A stretch of DNA of 64,000 nt from a virus, in the IMG/VR virus record IMGVR_UViG_3300036832_001488, positions 1 to 64,000 of that record; one strand, 5' to 3'. Of the stretch, positions 55,815-64,000 are shown piece by piece (position 1 is the first letter of the stretch; each line of letters begins with the position of its first letter). The notes below the pieces were generated by a model. It searched no databases and was not told the DNA's origin. It saw only the letters and a list, made by a program, of their open reading frames with translations. The position numbers and the translations under genes are program-made.

Positions 55815-57019
55815 AGTTGCGTGAAGCTTGTGCGGAGGCCCTTAACCGGCTCTCCAGAGAAGAGCTGTTAGAGAAGTTTGCGATCTCGCGGGTGGCCGAC
55901 GTGACCGGCCTGGATACTATCGGAGTGCCGGTCTTCACCACTACCAGGGCGCTTTCCCAGACCCTGTCTATCCATGCCGGTAAAGGCCTGGAGCGCAAGT
56001 TGGCACGCGCCGGAGCTATTGCCGAAGCCATTGAGTTTGAGGTGGCTGAACATCCTTTTGGGGACTTTAAACTGGCCAATAGTCTACAGTTGCCAGAGGA
56101 AGATCATCTGCCGGTAGAGGATTGTTTCCCGATCCGTGCTTCGATTGTTAACGAGATGACACCGATTGCCTGGGAAGAGGCAACTAACGTCCAGAATGGG
56201 GCCGTTAAGTTTGTTCCTAGTGATCTGATCTGGATAGCGCCCCGGTTAAAAGAGCAACCCTTCATGTATTTTCAGGTCGGCTCTAATGGGCTGGCCAGCG
56301 GTGCGACCCTGGAAGATGCCATCCTTTCTGGCCTCTATGAGATCGTGGAACGCGATGGCTGGACCATCCACACCTACATGATGGAGAACTTAGGCATTTT
56401 AGCTAACCGGATGCCGTTAGTTAGTTTGTGTCCCGAGATCGAGGAAATTGTCCGGCGCTTAGATGAGCAGAAGCTCAAACTGCATCTCTTTGACTGCACC
56501 ACCGATTATCAGGTGCCGGTCTTTGCTGCGACCATTCTGGATTTAAGCGGCAACTGTGCCGGAACCTTTGCCGGTTACGGGTGCCATCTGAATGCGGAGA
56601 GCGCCGCTCTGCGGGCGATCACTGAGGCCATCCAAGGCCGCGCCTGCTATATCTCCGGCGCGCGCGATGACATGCTTCGCCGCCAGTTTCTTCTGATGAA
56701 GCGGATGGATCAGGCGAGGCTCGACCAGATGTTTAACGAGTTGGAGCGAGGCTCTTCCATCAGCGAGTATCGCAAGGTCGAGTTCCCTGACATCAAAAGC
56801 GAATTACGTTATTTACTGAAGTTACTTAAATCCAGAGGCGTCAGCGAAGTCTTTGTCAAAGACCTGGGACAACATGCCGATTGCCTGCATGTAGTCCGGG
56901 TCTTTTCGCCCCAATGCGAGCCGCACCGGTTCGACTACTGGACTCCAGGCTTACGTTGTCTTTCCTATGCGCAGCGCAAGCTGGAAGAACTTAAGGAGGA
57001 TAAAGAATGTCCGACCTGA
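55799..57019 (+). CDS. ycaO: YcaO-family protein, TfuA-associated (thioamide-forming) type
   Basis: ISRVADVTGLD.IGVPV, HAGKG..A..EAIE, SNGLASG....AI..GLYEIVERDG, G.GCH....A.LRAITEA.Q.R...ISGARDD; no C-terminal PxP. Confidence 0.93.
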   Translation: MSTRLELREACAEALNRLSREELLEKFAISRVADVTGLDTIGVPVFTTTRALSQTLSIHAGKGLERKLARAGAIAEAIEFEVAEHPFGDFKLANSLQLPEEDHLPVEDCFPIRASIVNEMTPIAWEEATNVQNGAVKFVPSDLIWIAPRLKEQPFMYFQVGSNGLASGATLEDAILSGLYEIVERDGWTIHTYMMENLGILANRMPLVSLCPEIEEIVRRLDEQKLKLHLFDCTTDYQVPVFAATILDLSGNCAGTFAGYGCHLNAESAALRAITEAIQGRACYISGARDDMLRRQFLLMKRMDQARLDQMFNELERGSSISEYRKVEFPDIKSELRYLLKLLKSRGVSEVFVKDLGQHADCLHVVRVFSPQCEPHRFDYWTPGLRCLSYAQRKLEELKEDKECPT

Positions 57020-58350
57020 TCCTTGTTTACCTGGGCCCGAGTCTGGAGCTGGAAAAGGCTAAAAAGATTATACCGGAGGCGATCTATCGGCCACCGGCTA
57101 GGCAAGGCGATATTGCGAGCGACGTCATTAATCTTAATCCCAACATCATTATCCTGATCGATGGGGAGTTTCGCCAGAACTTGAGCCCCTGGCACAAGGA
57201 GATCGTGTATGCGCTCCAGCATCCAGGCGTTAGATCTATTTACGGAGCCGCCTCTATTGGCGCTCTGCGTGCGGTTGAGCTGGAGTACTTGGGGATGATC
57301 GGGATCGGCAAGATCTATGAATGGTTCAGAGACGGTGTGACCGAAGACGACTCAGAGGTGGCACTTAACTATGTGCGGCAAATACGGATTAAAGACAATG
57401 ACCCGGCCTATACGGCGCTGAGTGTGCCCCTGGTTAACATTCGGGCCGGAGTCGAGCATTATCGGAAGGAATTTGCGGATAATCCTGCCGTAACCGAGTC
57501 GGTAGAGCAGTTCTTTAAAGTGATGCAGGCCACTCACTACAGCGAGCGCACGGTCGAGCTTTGTGAAGAGATGTGGGCCGGTGCCTTGGGTGTTAGTTTT
57601 CCTTGCATCCCGCAAAAAGAGTTAGACGCGGTTGAGGCCCTCTCCAACTTCTGGAACTATCTGCCGCAGGTAAAGGTCAAGCCCAGGCCCGACCATCTCT
57701 CGCACGCTTTCCAGTCTCTCTATGACCGGGACCGGCGTATCAAGGTTAACGGCCAGGCTGTCGCTCAGCAGCATATTGATAGCTACGTCCTACTTCATAA
57801 CCCTGAGTACGAACGGATTTGCTGGGACAGTGCCAACCAAGAGCTGGCCTTGATTTTGTGTAACGCCCTTTTTGTGATGGTCGATTTAAGCGAGGTCGAG
57901 ATGGAGTCGGCCCGATTCCAGAGCCGGTGCGAGATTAAATCCATTGAAGATTTTAACCATATGCTGGCTAACAACGGCTGGAGCCGAGGCGAATACGACC
58001 GGCTGATGGTGCAGAACGCGCGCATCCGCAAGCTGCAGCACACTTTGAGTTCTGCCAAGCATTCCCGGCGTAACACCTGCGCCATCCTCGACTATCTGCG
58101 CACCCACCAGGGCTTCGACTACTGGGCGGTTAAGGCGGCACAGAAAGAAGCCCAGATTGAACGGATGGGGATCGACGAGTGGCCGCTGGATTTAGAAACT
58201 TCGGCCTGGAAACTCTTAGAGGACCAGTTTGAGGCCGAAGGCCTGGAGCTGAAATCCTCCCAGGAAGCTTACCTGTTAGAAACCGGATTTAGTAATAAAC
58301 GCGAGCTGGCAGTGGCCTTAAATCGGCTCCTGGCCCTTAAGGAGGCATAA
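57007..58350 (+). CDS. tfuA: TfuA-like protein with ~220 aa C-terminal extension
   Basis: YLGPSL..PPA.QGD..LIDG.F....PWHKEI..AL..GAAS.GALRA.EL..GM.G.G.IY..DD.EVA..LS.PLVNIR..Y.ERT..QK.LDA. Confidence 0.92.
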   Translation: MSDLILVYLGPSLELEKAKKIIPEAIYRPPARQGDIASDVINLNPNIIILIDGEFRQNLSPWHKEIVYALQHPGVRSIYGAASIGALRAVELEYLGMIGIGKIYEWFRDGVTEDDSEVALNYVRQIRIKDNDPAYTALSVPLVNIRAGVEHYRKEFADNPAVTESVEQFFKVMQATHYSERTVELCEEMWAGALGVSFPCIPQKELDAVEALSNFWNYLPQVKVKPRPDHLSHAFQSLYDRDRRIKVNGQAVAQQHIDSYVLLHNPEYERICWDSANQELALILCNALFVMVDLSEVEMESARFQSRCEIKSIEDFNHMLANNGWSRGEYDRLMVQNARIRKLQHTLSSAKHSRRNTCAILDYLRTHQGFDYWAVKAAQKEAQIERMGIDEWPLDLETSAWKLLEDQFEAEGLELKSSQEAYLLETGFSNKRELAVALNRLLALKEA

Positions 58351-58352
58351 TT

Positions 58353-60380
58353 ATGGCGGCGACGACGAATGCCTTTAATAACACGAATCAGAATCAATTC
58401 GGCGGCATGAATTTTACTGACTGGAGCCAAGTAGCTGACATGTTCGGCACTTCGGTCGTTCAAGCCCTCCAGCAGAATAATGTGGCCCTTAATCAGGTAG
58501 GCTCAGTCATCGGCAAGCTGGGCATAGCTCAGCAAACTAGTTCGGGCACCTCAGGCCAGTTCGGCGCGTCTAATCCGCAAAATATTTCTTCCGGTTTCAC
58601 CTTAGCCGATGCGATTAACCAGCAGCAAGGCGGCAGCGGCAGCGCTCAGCAAAGCAATTCGGGCACCATCAATATGACCGGCTGGCAGAACCCGGACTAC
58701 GCAACTAACCTGTTAGGCGCGCAAGCTCTGGAGGCCGTGGGGCTTAATCCCAGTAAGACCATGACGGTTAATCCACAGCCCTCGGCGGTTACTTCCAGTC
58801 AAGATTTTGCTAAAAGCGGCGTATCTAGTGTTGCCGGGCCGCAAACCTTCGACATCAGCCAAGCGCCCATGCCGAATCCCAATCCGAGTATCGGGAGCGT
58901 CTTTGGTGCGGTCAAGCCGCTTAACCCAACGGTCAGTGGCCCGATGACACAACAGCCCGCCAACACCAATCCTAATTGGGCGAATTGGAGTACGGCGCAG
59001 CAGAACGCCTACATGAGGCAGCAGGGCATGCATCCCGCTGAGAGAGCCACCTATTCGCAGGAGCAGAATCAAATCCAACAGAATATAAAACAGGGCAATT
59101 ACCTTAACCCGACTGTCCAGGCGACCGGAGCCCAGGCGACCCAGCCTCAGGCGTTTGCGACTCCTCCACCAATTCCGACTATCCAGACACCTCAGGTTTC
59201 TTCTCAGGTTCCGGCTAGCACTGGGACTCTTCCGCAGCCTCCGGCAGCGCCAGGAAATGCTATTGCTGGATCGCCTTTTGGGCCGATCTCTAGTCTTTCA
59301 CCGAGTGCAACACCTCCAGGGCCATCCAGTATGCCCCCTGGATACGGGACGGCGATTAAACATATGGCGGGAGGCGGCTCGGTAGGCGGCACCGACACGA
59401 TCCCAGCGATGCTGACTCCAGGCGAATACGTGATTAACCGGGATGCGGCCCAACAGATCGGGCGCGGACGTTTAGACCAGCTTAATGCCGAAGGTGGTCG
59501 CCTTCATATGCAGGATGGCGGCTCAATTCCTGGCGCTAGTCCTTCCTATGGCTATTCACCAGGGGCAGATGCCCAGAGCTTTGCTTTCCAGCAGCTCTCA
59601 CCACAAGAACAAGTTGTCCTTCAAGGAGGCGGGGCGGCGGGACAACGGGTTCAGCAGAAATTTAATCAACTGGTTAACAACTATCAGGGCAGTTCTGGAA
59701 CTCCTACTCCGATGTCGGCACAGATGGGCATGAACAACCCCGCTGCTACTACTGCCCAGGTTCATCCCACGGCACCGGCTGCGCCTGCAGGCCAGCCGCA
59801 GCAGCAGAAACCAGCCGGTTATTCCGGCTCGCTCGACCAATGGTTAGCTCAATATGGACATACGCCGCAGGGCCAAGCCTATATTGCGCAGAATGGGAAT
59901 GTTAATGAGGTGCAGCGCTATCTGCAAAATCTAACCACTCCTCAGACGACCCCGGCGACCTCCCCGGCGACCTCCATGCCTGCTTACACCGACACTGCCC
60001 CGCGAGCTAGCCTCGTCTCGGCTCCGGCAGGCTACGGTGCAGCTCCGCGAGCTGAACTAGTTGGCTTACCGGCAGGCCAAGGCGAAGCCTATGACCCGAA
60101 GACCTACGGCATCAATACTGGAGCCAGTGGGGCGGCAGGAATGGCCGGTAACATCGCTGGCGCTATTGGGCAAATCGCCCAAGCTTTTACGAAAGGTGCC
60201 GGGGCTAGCCAGCCATACAAGTGGATTCAGAGCGCGATTCCCAATCCTGCCGATCTTAAAAGCCAGACTCCTGATATCGTCTTGCAGGGCCATCAAGTTG
60301 GTAAACCTAATACACCGGGAGGCTATGTCCTTATGGCCCAGCCAAATGATCAGCCCAGGGAAGACACCTATCTGAGTTAA
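58353..60380 (+). CDS. putative internal virion / ejection protein
   Basis: Q/P/G-rich; MAGGGSV.GTDTIPAMLTPGEYVINR.A.QQIG module known from phage virion proteins. Confidence 0.7.
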   Translation: MAATTNAFNNTNQNQFGGMNFTDWSQVADMFGTSVVQALQQNNVALNQVGSVIGKLGIAQQTSSGTSGQFGASNPQNISSGFTLADAINQQQGGSGSAQQSNSGTINMTGWQNPDYATNLLGAQALEAVGLNPSKTMTVNPQPSAVTSSQDFAKSGVSSVAGPQTFDISQAPMPNPNPSIGSVFGAVKPLNPTVSGPMTQQPANTNPNWANWSTAQQNAYMRQQGMHPAERATYSQEQNQIQQNIKQGNYLNPTVQATGAQATQPQAFATPPPIPTIQTPQVSSQVPASTGTLPQPPAAPGNAIAGSPFGPISSLSPSATPPGPSSMPPGYGTAIKHMAGGGSVGGTDTIPAMLTPGEYVINRDAAQQIGRGRLDQLNAEGGRLHMQDGGSIPGASPSYGYSPGADAQSFAFQQLSPQEQVVLQGGGAAGQRVQQKFNQLVNNYQGSSGTPTPMSAQMGMNNPAATTAQVHPTAPAAPAGQPQQQKPAGYSGSLDQWLAQYGHTPQGQAYIAQNGNVNEVQRYLQNLTTPQTTPATSPATSMPAYTDTAPRASLVSAPAGYGAAPRAELVGLPAGQGEAYDPKTYGINTGASGAAGMAGNIAGAIGQIAQAFTKGAGASQPYKWIQSAIPNPADLKSQTPDIVLQGHQVGKPNTPGGYVLMAQPNDQPREDTYLS

Positions 60381-60393
60381 CATCCTTACGCAT

Positions 60394-63120
60394 ATGCCAG
60401 GAGAAGAAACTAAACACGAACCGGCTGGAATACAGACCCAAGGTCTTTATAACCCTTCTGTTACCCAGCTTCATTTTACTCCGGTGCAGTATGCCAACTA
60501 TGGACCGATGCTCCAGGCAATCGAGTCAGCTGGGTCCAACATTCTGCATTACATGAATCCATCGACTATCGCCAAGATGAAGATGGATGTGGCCAGCTCT
60601 GCTGCTGGTAGACAGTTCTTGGCTCAGGCCACCAAGAACCAATATCTTATGGCAAGCCAGGGCTATGTGCAGGGAGGACAGTTTGGGCTGCAGCCCGCTT
60701 ATGAGAACCCACTCTTGCGTCAAAAGCTGGCTGGCCCATTTATTAAACAAAACGCCAATGACGGCAAGACTGAGGTTGATCCGAATTCCGTCAACCCTCC
60801 CCAGCAGAGCGGAAATACTAATAACACTTCCAACACAGCCAATAATCCTAACCCTCCGGCCTCTAACGTGCAGCCATGGTGGGGGGGGCAGGTTAGGACG
60901 GGAGACGTCAATACTGATGCCTTGACCAATCCTGACTATTCTCAAATCGTGCCTCGCCCAGGCTATGCCACCGGTTACCAATCTGGCGGCGAAGTGGAAG
61001 CTCAAGATCAGTCAACGGTGCAGCAGCAGCCTACGAATTATTTCTCTTCCGCTAATGCCATTCCGCCCCCGCCGATTCCAGCTGTTCAGCAATCGCCTCA
61101 AGATCAGAGATTGTCTTCCACTCTCCCTGCCCATATCCCGTATTCGCCCGAAGCCCAGGCTGGGGCTTTTGCTCCGCAGCAGGGTGTTGGCGAGCTGAGT
61201 CCAGAGGTGTTAGCCCGTCAGCAGGCTCAGCGCCAGCTTGAACAACAGAATTTAATCAGTTGGCAGAATCAGAATGTGGGGAGCCCCTTGAGCGCCGAGG
61301 AAGCGAGGAATTGGGCGCGCACTAGTCTCGATACCGATATTAACCGCGCGGTTTACCTGCCGCAGGGTGGCCCGCCTGGACAGGGTGGCCAGCGCGAACC
61401 GGCTTATGCTTTCTATGGGAAAAAAGGTGGCACTAACATCGTGCCCATTAGCCAGATGATAAAAGCTGGGGCTGGCCCCTTGATCGCAGCCCAAAACGCC
61501 AGCCAAACCCTAAATCACAACGAGCAAAACCAGCCACAGCAAAACCAACCGCAACCCGGCCAGCCTGCCGGAGCAACGCCTCCCTGGACCTCTTCAGGAC
61601 AAAACCCTCCCACAAGTCCAATGCAGCCGGTGCCTGGGACTAATCCTAATGGCGTTCAACCCATACCGAATGCACAGCCTCCTGGGAATGGTCCGCTCAC
61701 GGCTGGGATGCCCCCAGCGGCTCCCGGCGGGACGACGCCCGGTGCTCAAGTGCCCCAACTACCGGGCGGCGGAACTAACTGGGGCGCAATACCGGGGCAA
61801 TTACCGAATGACGTGTTTAACCAGCGGGTGGCAGCGGCAACTAACACCGCTCAGACCGGGGGCCCATCACTTGGCCAGCTCTACGCCAGCACTAACAATC
61901 CAGCTGCCGCTGTAAGCCAGGACTTTGTCAAGGCTAACACCGGAGCAACCGCAGAAGATATCGCCCAGGCTAAAGCCAATCTTCAATCTAGACTCTCTAG
62001 CGGAGATTCTACAGTAAATCGGGACGCCGATGGCAACCCGTCCCTAGGCAGGCTCGGTGATTTTCAGTATTACCAATCCGATAATGGTAAGGGATTAGCC
62101 TATGCTGATCGCGATGGTGAGGGCGGTTTTTACCGGGAGCGGCTCTGGGAAGGCGACACTCAGTGGAAACCTATCCTGCCCAATGCCAATCAAGCCCGCC
62201 AGGATTTATTAAACACACAGTACGGCAAGACGCTTGGCATTCAGAAAATCAGTCAGATGAACGCGCAGCAGCTCTCTGATGCGCTCTACAGTGATTACTA
62301 CATACACAGCATCTTGCCAAGCATGCCCAACTTGGAGCCTGGGCAAGCCACCAAGATAGAAAATTCCTATTATAAGATCTTGAGCGGCAACCGGTTGATC
62401 CATGCTTTAGAGGGCCAAGATCCAGGGGATTTCAACTATTCCGCGCAGGGCGTCAACTTAGCCAATCGCGCTGGGCAAGGTCTTTTTTCAAAAAACCCGC
62501 AGGGGCCGATCCAGCAGGTCGGAAATGCTCTGTCCTCACTACTGGGACTTGCAGCTGGCCCCAAGAAGGAAAACGACCGGCTAACCTTTGTCCAACAACA
62601 GGAAGCTAGCTTAATCAACCGGATGCATAATAAACCGGAAGGTTCCGAGATAAATCCTTTGGACTGGGTAGCTGGCGACAACGAGCTAGGTGGGATCGGC
62701 ACCGGCAGTGCTAATGCTCTGGATGCTTTAAAGAGGAAAGTTAGCGGGTGGCAGACAGAGTGGAATAACGACATGTTCGCAGCCAGGGCTAATAAGTCGC
62801 GCATGCCCGGTGCCTGGAACGATCTCATGAACGATTTCAATGCTGGGAAACCTTGGTATGATCCGCAGGATACCTATGGTCCCGGCAGGAAACAGCCCAA
62901 CGAGATCGGTCCATTAGCAGCGGCGGATGCTGCCCATACAACGCTGGCTCCGCGTGTAACCAATAGTCCTGCGCCTCCAGCTCCTGGCGCAGGCAGACCT
63001 ACTCAGGGCGCGGGTTCCAGCCGCGACAATCCGATAGTTGTGCATAGCGATGATCAATTTAACAGTCTGCCACAAGGCACGCACTGGAGGGATGAACAAG
63101 GCAACGAGGGACAAAAGTGA
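60394..63120 (+). CDS. putative internal virion / ejection protein
   Basis: Q/P/N-rich, YQSGGEV; C-terminal SDDQFNSLPQGTHWRD..G motif. Confidence 0.65.
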   Translation: MPGEETKHEPAGIQTQGLYNPSVTQLHFTPVQYANYGPMLQAIESAGSNILHYMNPSTIAKMKMDVASSAAGRQFLAQATKNQYLMASQGYVQGGQFGLQPAYENPLLRQKLAGPFIKQNANDGKTEVDPNSVNPPQQSGNTNNTSNTANNPNPPASNVQPWWGGQVRTGDVNTDALTNPDYSQIVPRPGYATGYQSGGEVEAQDQSTVQQQPTNYFSSANAIPPPPIPAVQQSPQDQRLSSTLPAHIPYSPEAQAGAFAPQQGVGELSPEVLARQQAQRQLEQQNLISWQNQNVGSPLSAEEARNWARTSLDTDINRAVYLPQGGPPGQGGQREPAYAFYGKKGGTNIVPISQMIKAGAGPLIAAQNASQTLNHNEQNQPQQNQPQPGQPAGATPPWTSSGQNPPTSPMQPVPGTNPNGVQPIPNAQPPGNGPLTAGMPPAAPGGTTPGAQVPQLPGGGTNWGAIPGQLPNDVFNQRVAAATNTAQTGGPSLGQLYASTNNPAAAVSQDFVKANTGATAEDIAQAKANLQSRLSSGDSTVNRDADGNPSLGRLGDFQYYQSDNGKGLAYADRDGEGGFYRERLWEGDTQWKPILPNANQARQDLLNTQYGKTLGIQKISQMNAQQLSDALYSDYYIHSILPSMPNLEPGQATKIENSYYKILSGNRLIHALEGQDPGDFNYSAQGVNLANRAGQGLFSKNPQGPIQQVGNALSSLLGLAAGPKKENDRLTFVQQQEASLINRMHNKPEGSEINPLDWVAGDNELGGIGTGSANALDALKRKVSGWQTEWNNDMFAARANKSRMPGAWNDLMNDFNAGKPWYDPQDTYGPGRKQPNEIGPLAAADAAHTTLAPRVTNSPAPPAPGAGRPTQGAGSSRDNPIVVHSDDQFNSLPQGTHWRDEQGNEGQK

Positions 63121-64000
63121 ATGGCCGCTCTCACTCAAGACCAGCTCGATCAGCTGAAGGCTGCTGCTGAAAAAGAAAAGGCGCGTGCCCCCGGCGCATC
63201 CACTCCTGGCTATGCTCTGCCGACTGCGCCCGCTGCCCCTGACGGGGCGCAGCCTCAGCCGCCGCCAGACCAAGGTCAGCAGATAGGGCGAGCTAATGCT
63301 GCAGCCGCTGGCATTACGACCCCGGCTGGTCCGCGTTCGCTTGAGAGCGCATCCACTCCTGGCTATGGCATAACCACACTCCCAGCGCCAGCTGCGCCTG
63401 ATGGCAACGCCCCTCCTAGCCAGACGCCTCAAGCTCAAACCCCGGCGCAGACACCTCAGGACAATGAGTTTAGTAATCCCGGCACTAACATCCCGGCTGG
63501 TTACCGGGCACCGGCAGTCAAGGCTGAGCCGACCGACGATGAGTTAAATCAGAAAAGCGCTGACGATCTGTTCCCTTATTTCTCTACCTCAAATGACGTT
63601 AACCCAGACCGGGCTGCAGCCTTCTGGCAAAATAAGAAGAATCAGGAACTCAGTAATCAGAGCTTCGATAACAACAAAGCGGTGCTGTGGAACGATCTAT
63701 CCAACGTATGGAATAAAATCGTTCAGACAAAGGGCGTCGTTCCCAACACAATTAACTATTTTAAGAGCATCGTTAACTCTCTTGGCGGAAGTGGCGATGA
63801 TGTCTTACAAGCTTTCGGCAACCAAAACGCGATTGATTATCGCCAGGATCTAGATGGCAAACTGGCGAACAACACTATCAGCCAGCAAACTCACGACCAG
63901 AGTATGGCGTTAGTAGATCAGGCTCAAAAGCTGCAAGACAAACTGGCCTTCGAGAAGCTAAGCCCCCAGGAACAGCAAGATATTAAAGTTCAGATTGCTG
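63121..64000 (+). CDS. putative large internal virion protein, N-terminal part (runs off window)
   Basis: Not in track; MAALTQDQLDQLK..; internal repeat ASTPGY....APAAPDG twice. Confidence 0.65.
   Translation, partial: MAALTQDQLDQLKAAAEKEKARAPGASTPGYALPTAPAAPDGAQPQPPPDQGQQIGRANAAAAGITTPAGPRSLESASTPGYGITTLPAPAAPDGNAPPSQTPQAQTPAQTPQDNEFSNPGTNIPAGYRAPAVKAEPTDDELNQKSADDLFPYFSTSNDVNPDRAAAFWQNKKNQELSNQSFDNNKAVLWNDLSNVWNKIVQTKGVVPNTINYFKSIVNSLGGSGDDVLQAFGNQNAIDYRQDLDGKLANNTISQQTHDQSMALVDQAQKLQDKLAFEKLSPQEQQDIKVQIA

Noticed and set aside
54354-60380. Classical RiPP gene cluster around YcaO-TfuA
   Set aside because: No short precursor, peptidase, transporter or tailoring enzymes; the flanks are large virion-type genes with no intergenic space.
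1-64000. Genome-wide amber (TAG) recoding
   Set aside because: Long genes are intact under code 11, and TAG ends terL (35834), 55814 and others at sensible boundaries; only one internal TAG was seen.
1-64000. tRNA, tmRNA, integrase or att sites
   Set aside because: None recognised by eye; tRNAscan/ARAGORN would be needed to exclude them.

Overview
64 kb of a tailed dsDNA phage (or prophage) genome with a podovirus-like virion module; both ends are truncated. 1-11.5 kb (minus) holds replication/recombination and early genes: an SF2 helicase, a RecT-like annealase and many small ORFs, several behind leaderless promoters. 11.5-21 kb holds a small-terminase-like HTH gene, KTSC, a SAM methyltransferase and a beta-helix protein. 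21-32 kb (minus) holds a GH46-like endolysin, a holin-like gene and a fibre/spike cluster (collagen, tail collar, DUF4082, second beta-helix). 32-64 kb (plus) runs large terminase, portal, scaffold, three glycosyltransferase-type genes, major capsid, an internally duplicated adaptor, nozzle, GNAT-like and ejection-type proteins. Seven free-standing HNH endonuclease genes are scattered through it. The standout is an intact, translationally coupled YcaO-TfuA pair (backbone thioamidation chemistry) between putative ejection-protein genes. Together with the glycosyl/methyltransferases beside the capsid gene, it suggests a phage-encoded virion post-translational modification system. No tRNA, rRNA, CRISPR or integrase was recognised. 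All product calls come from motif recognition by eye; no searches were run.
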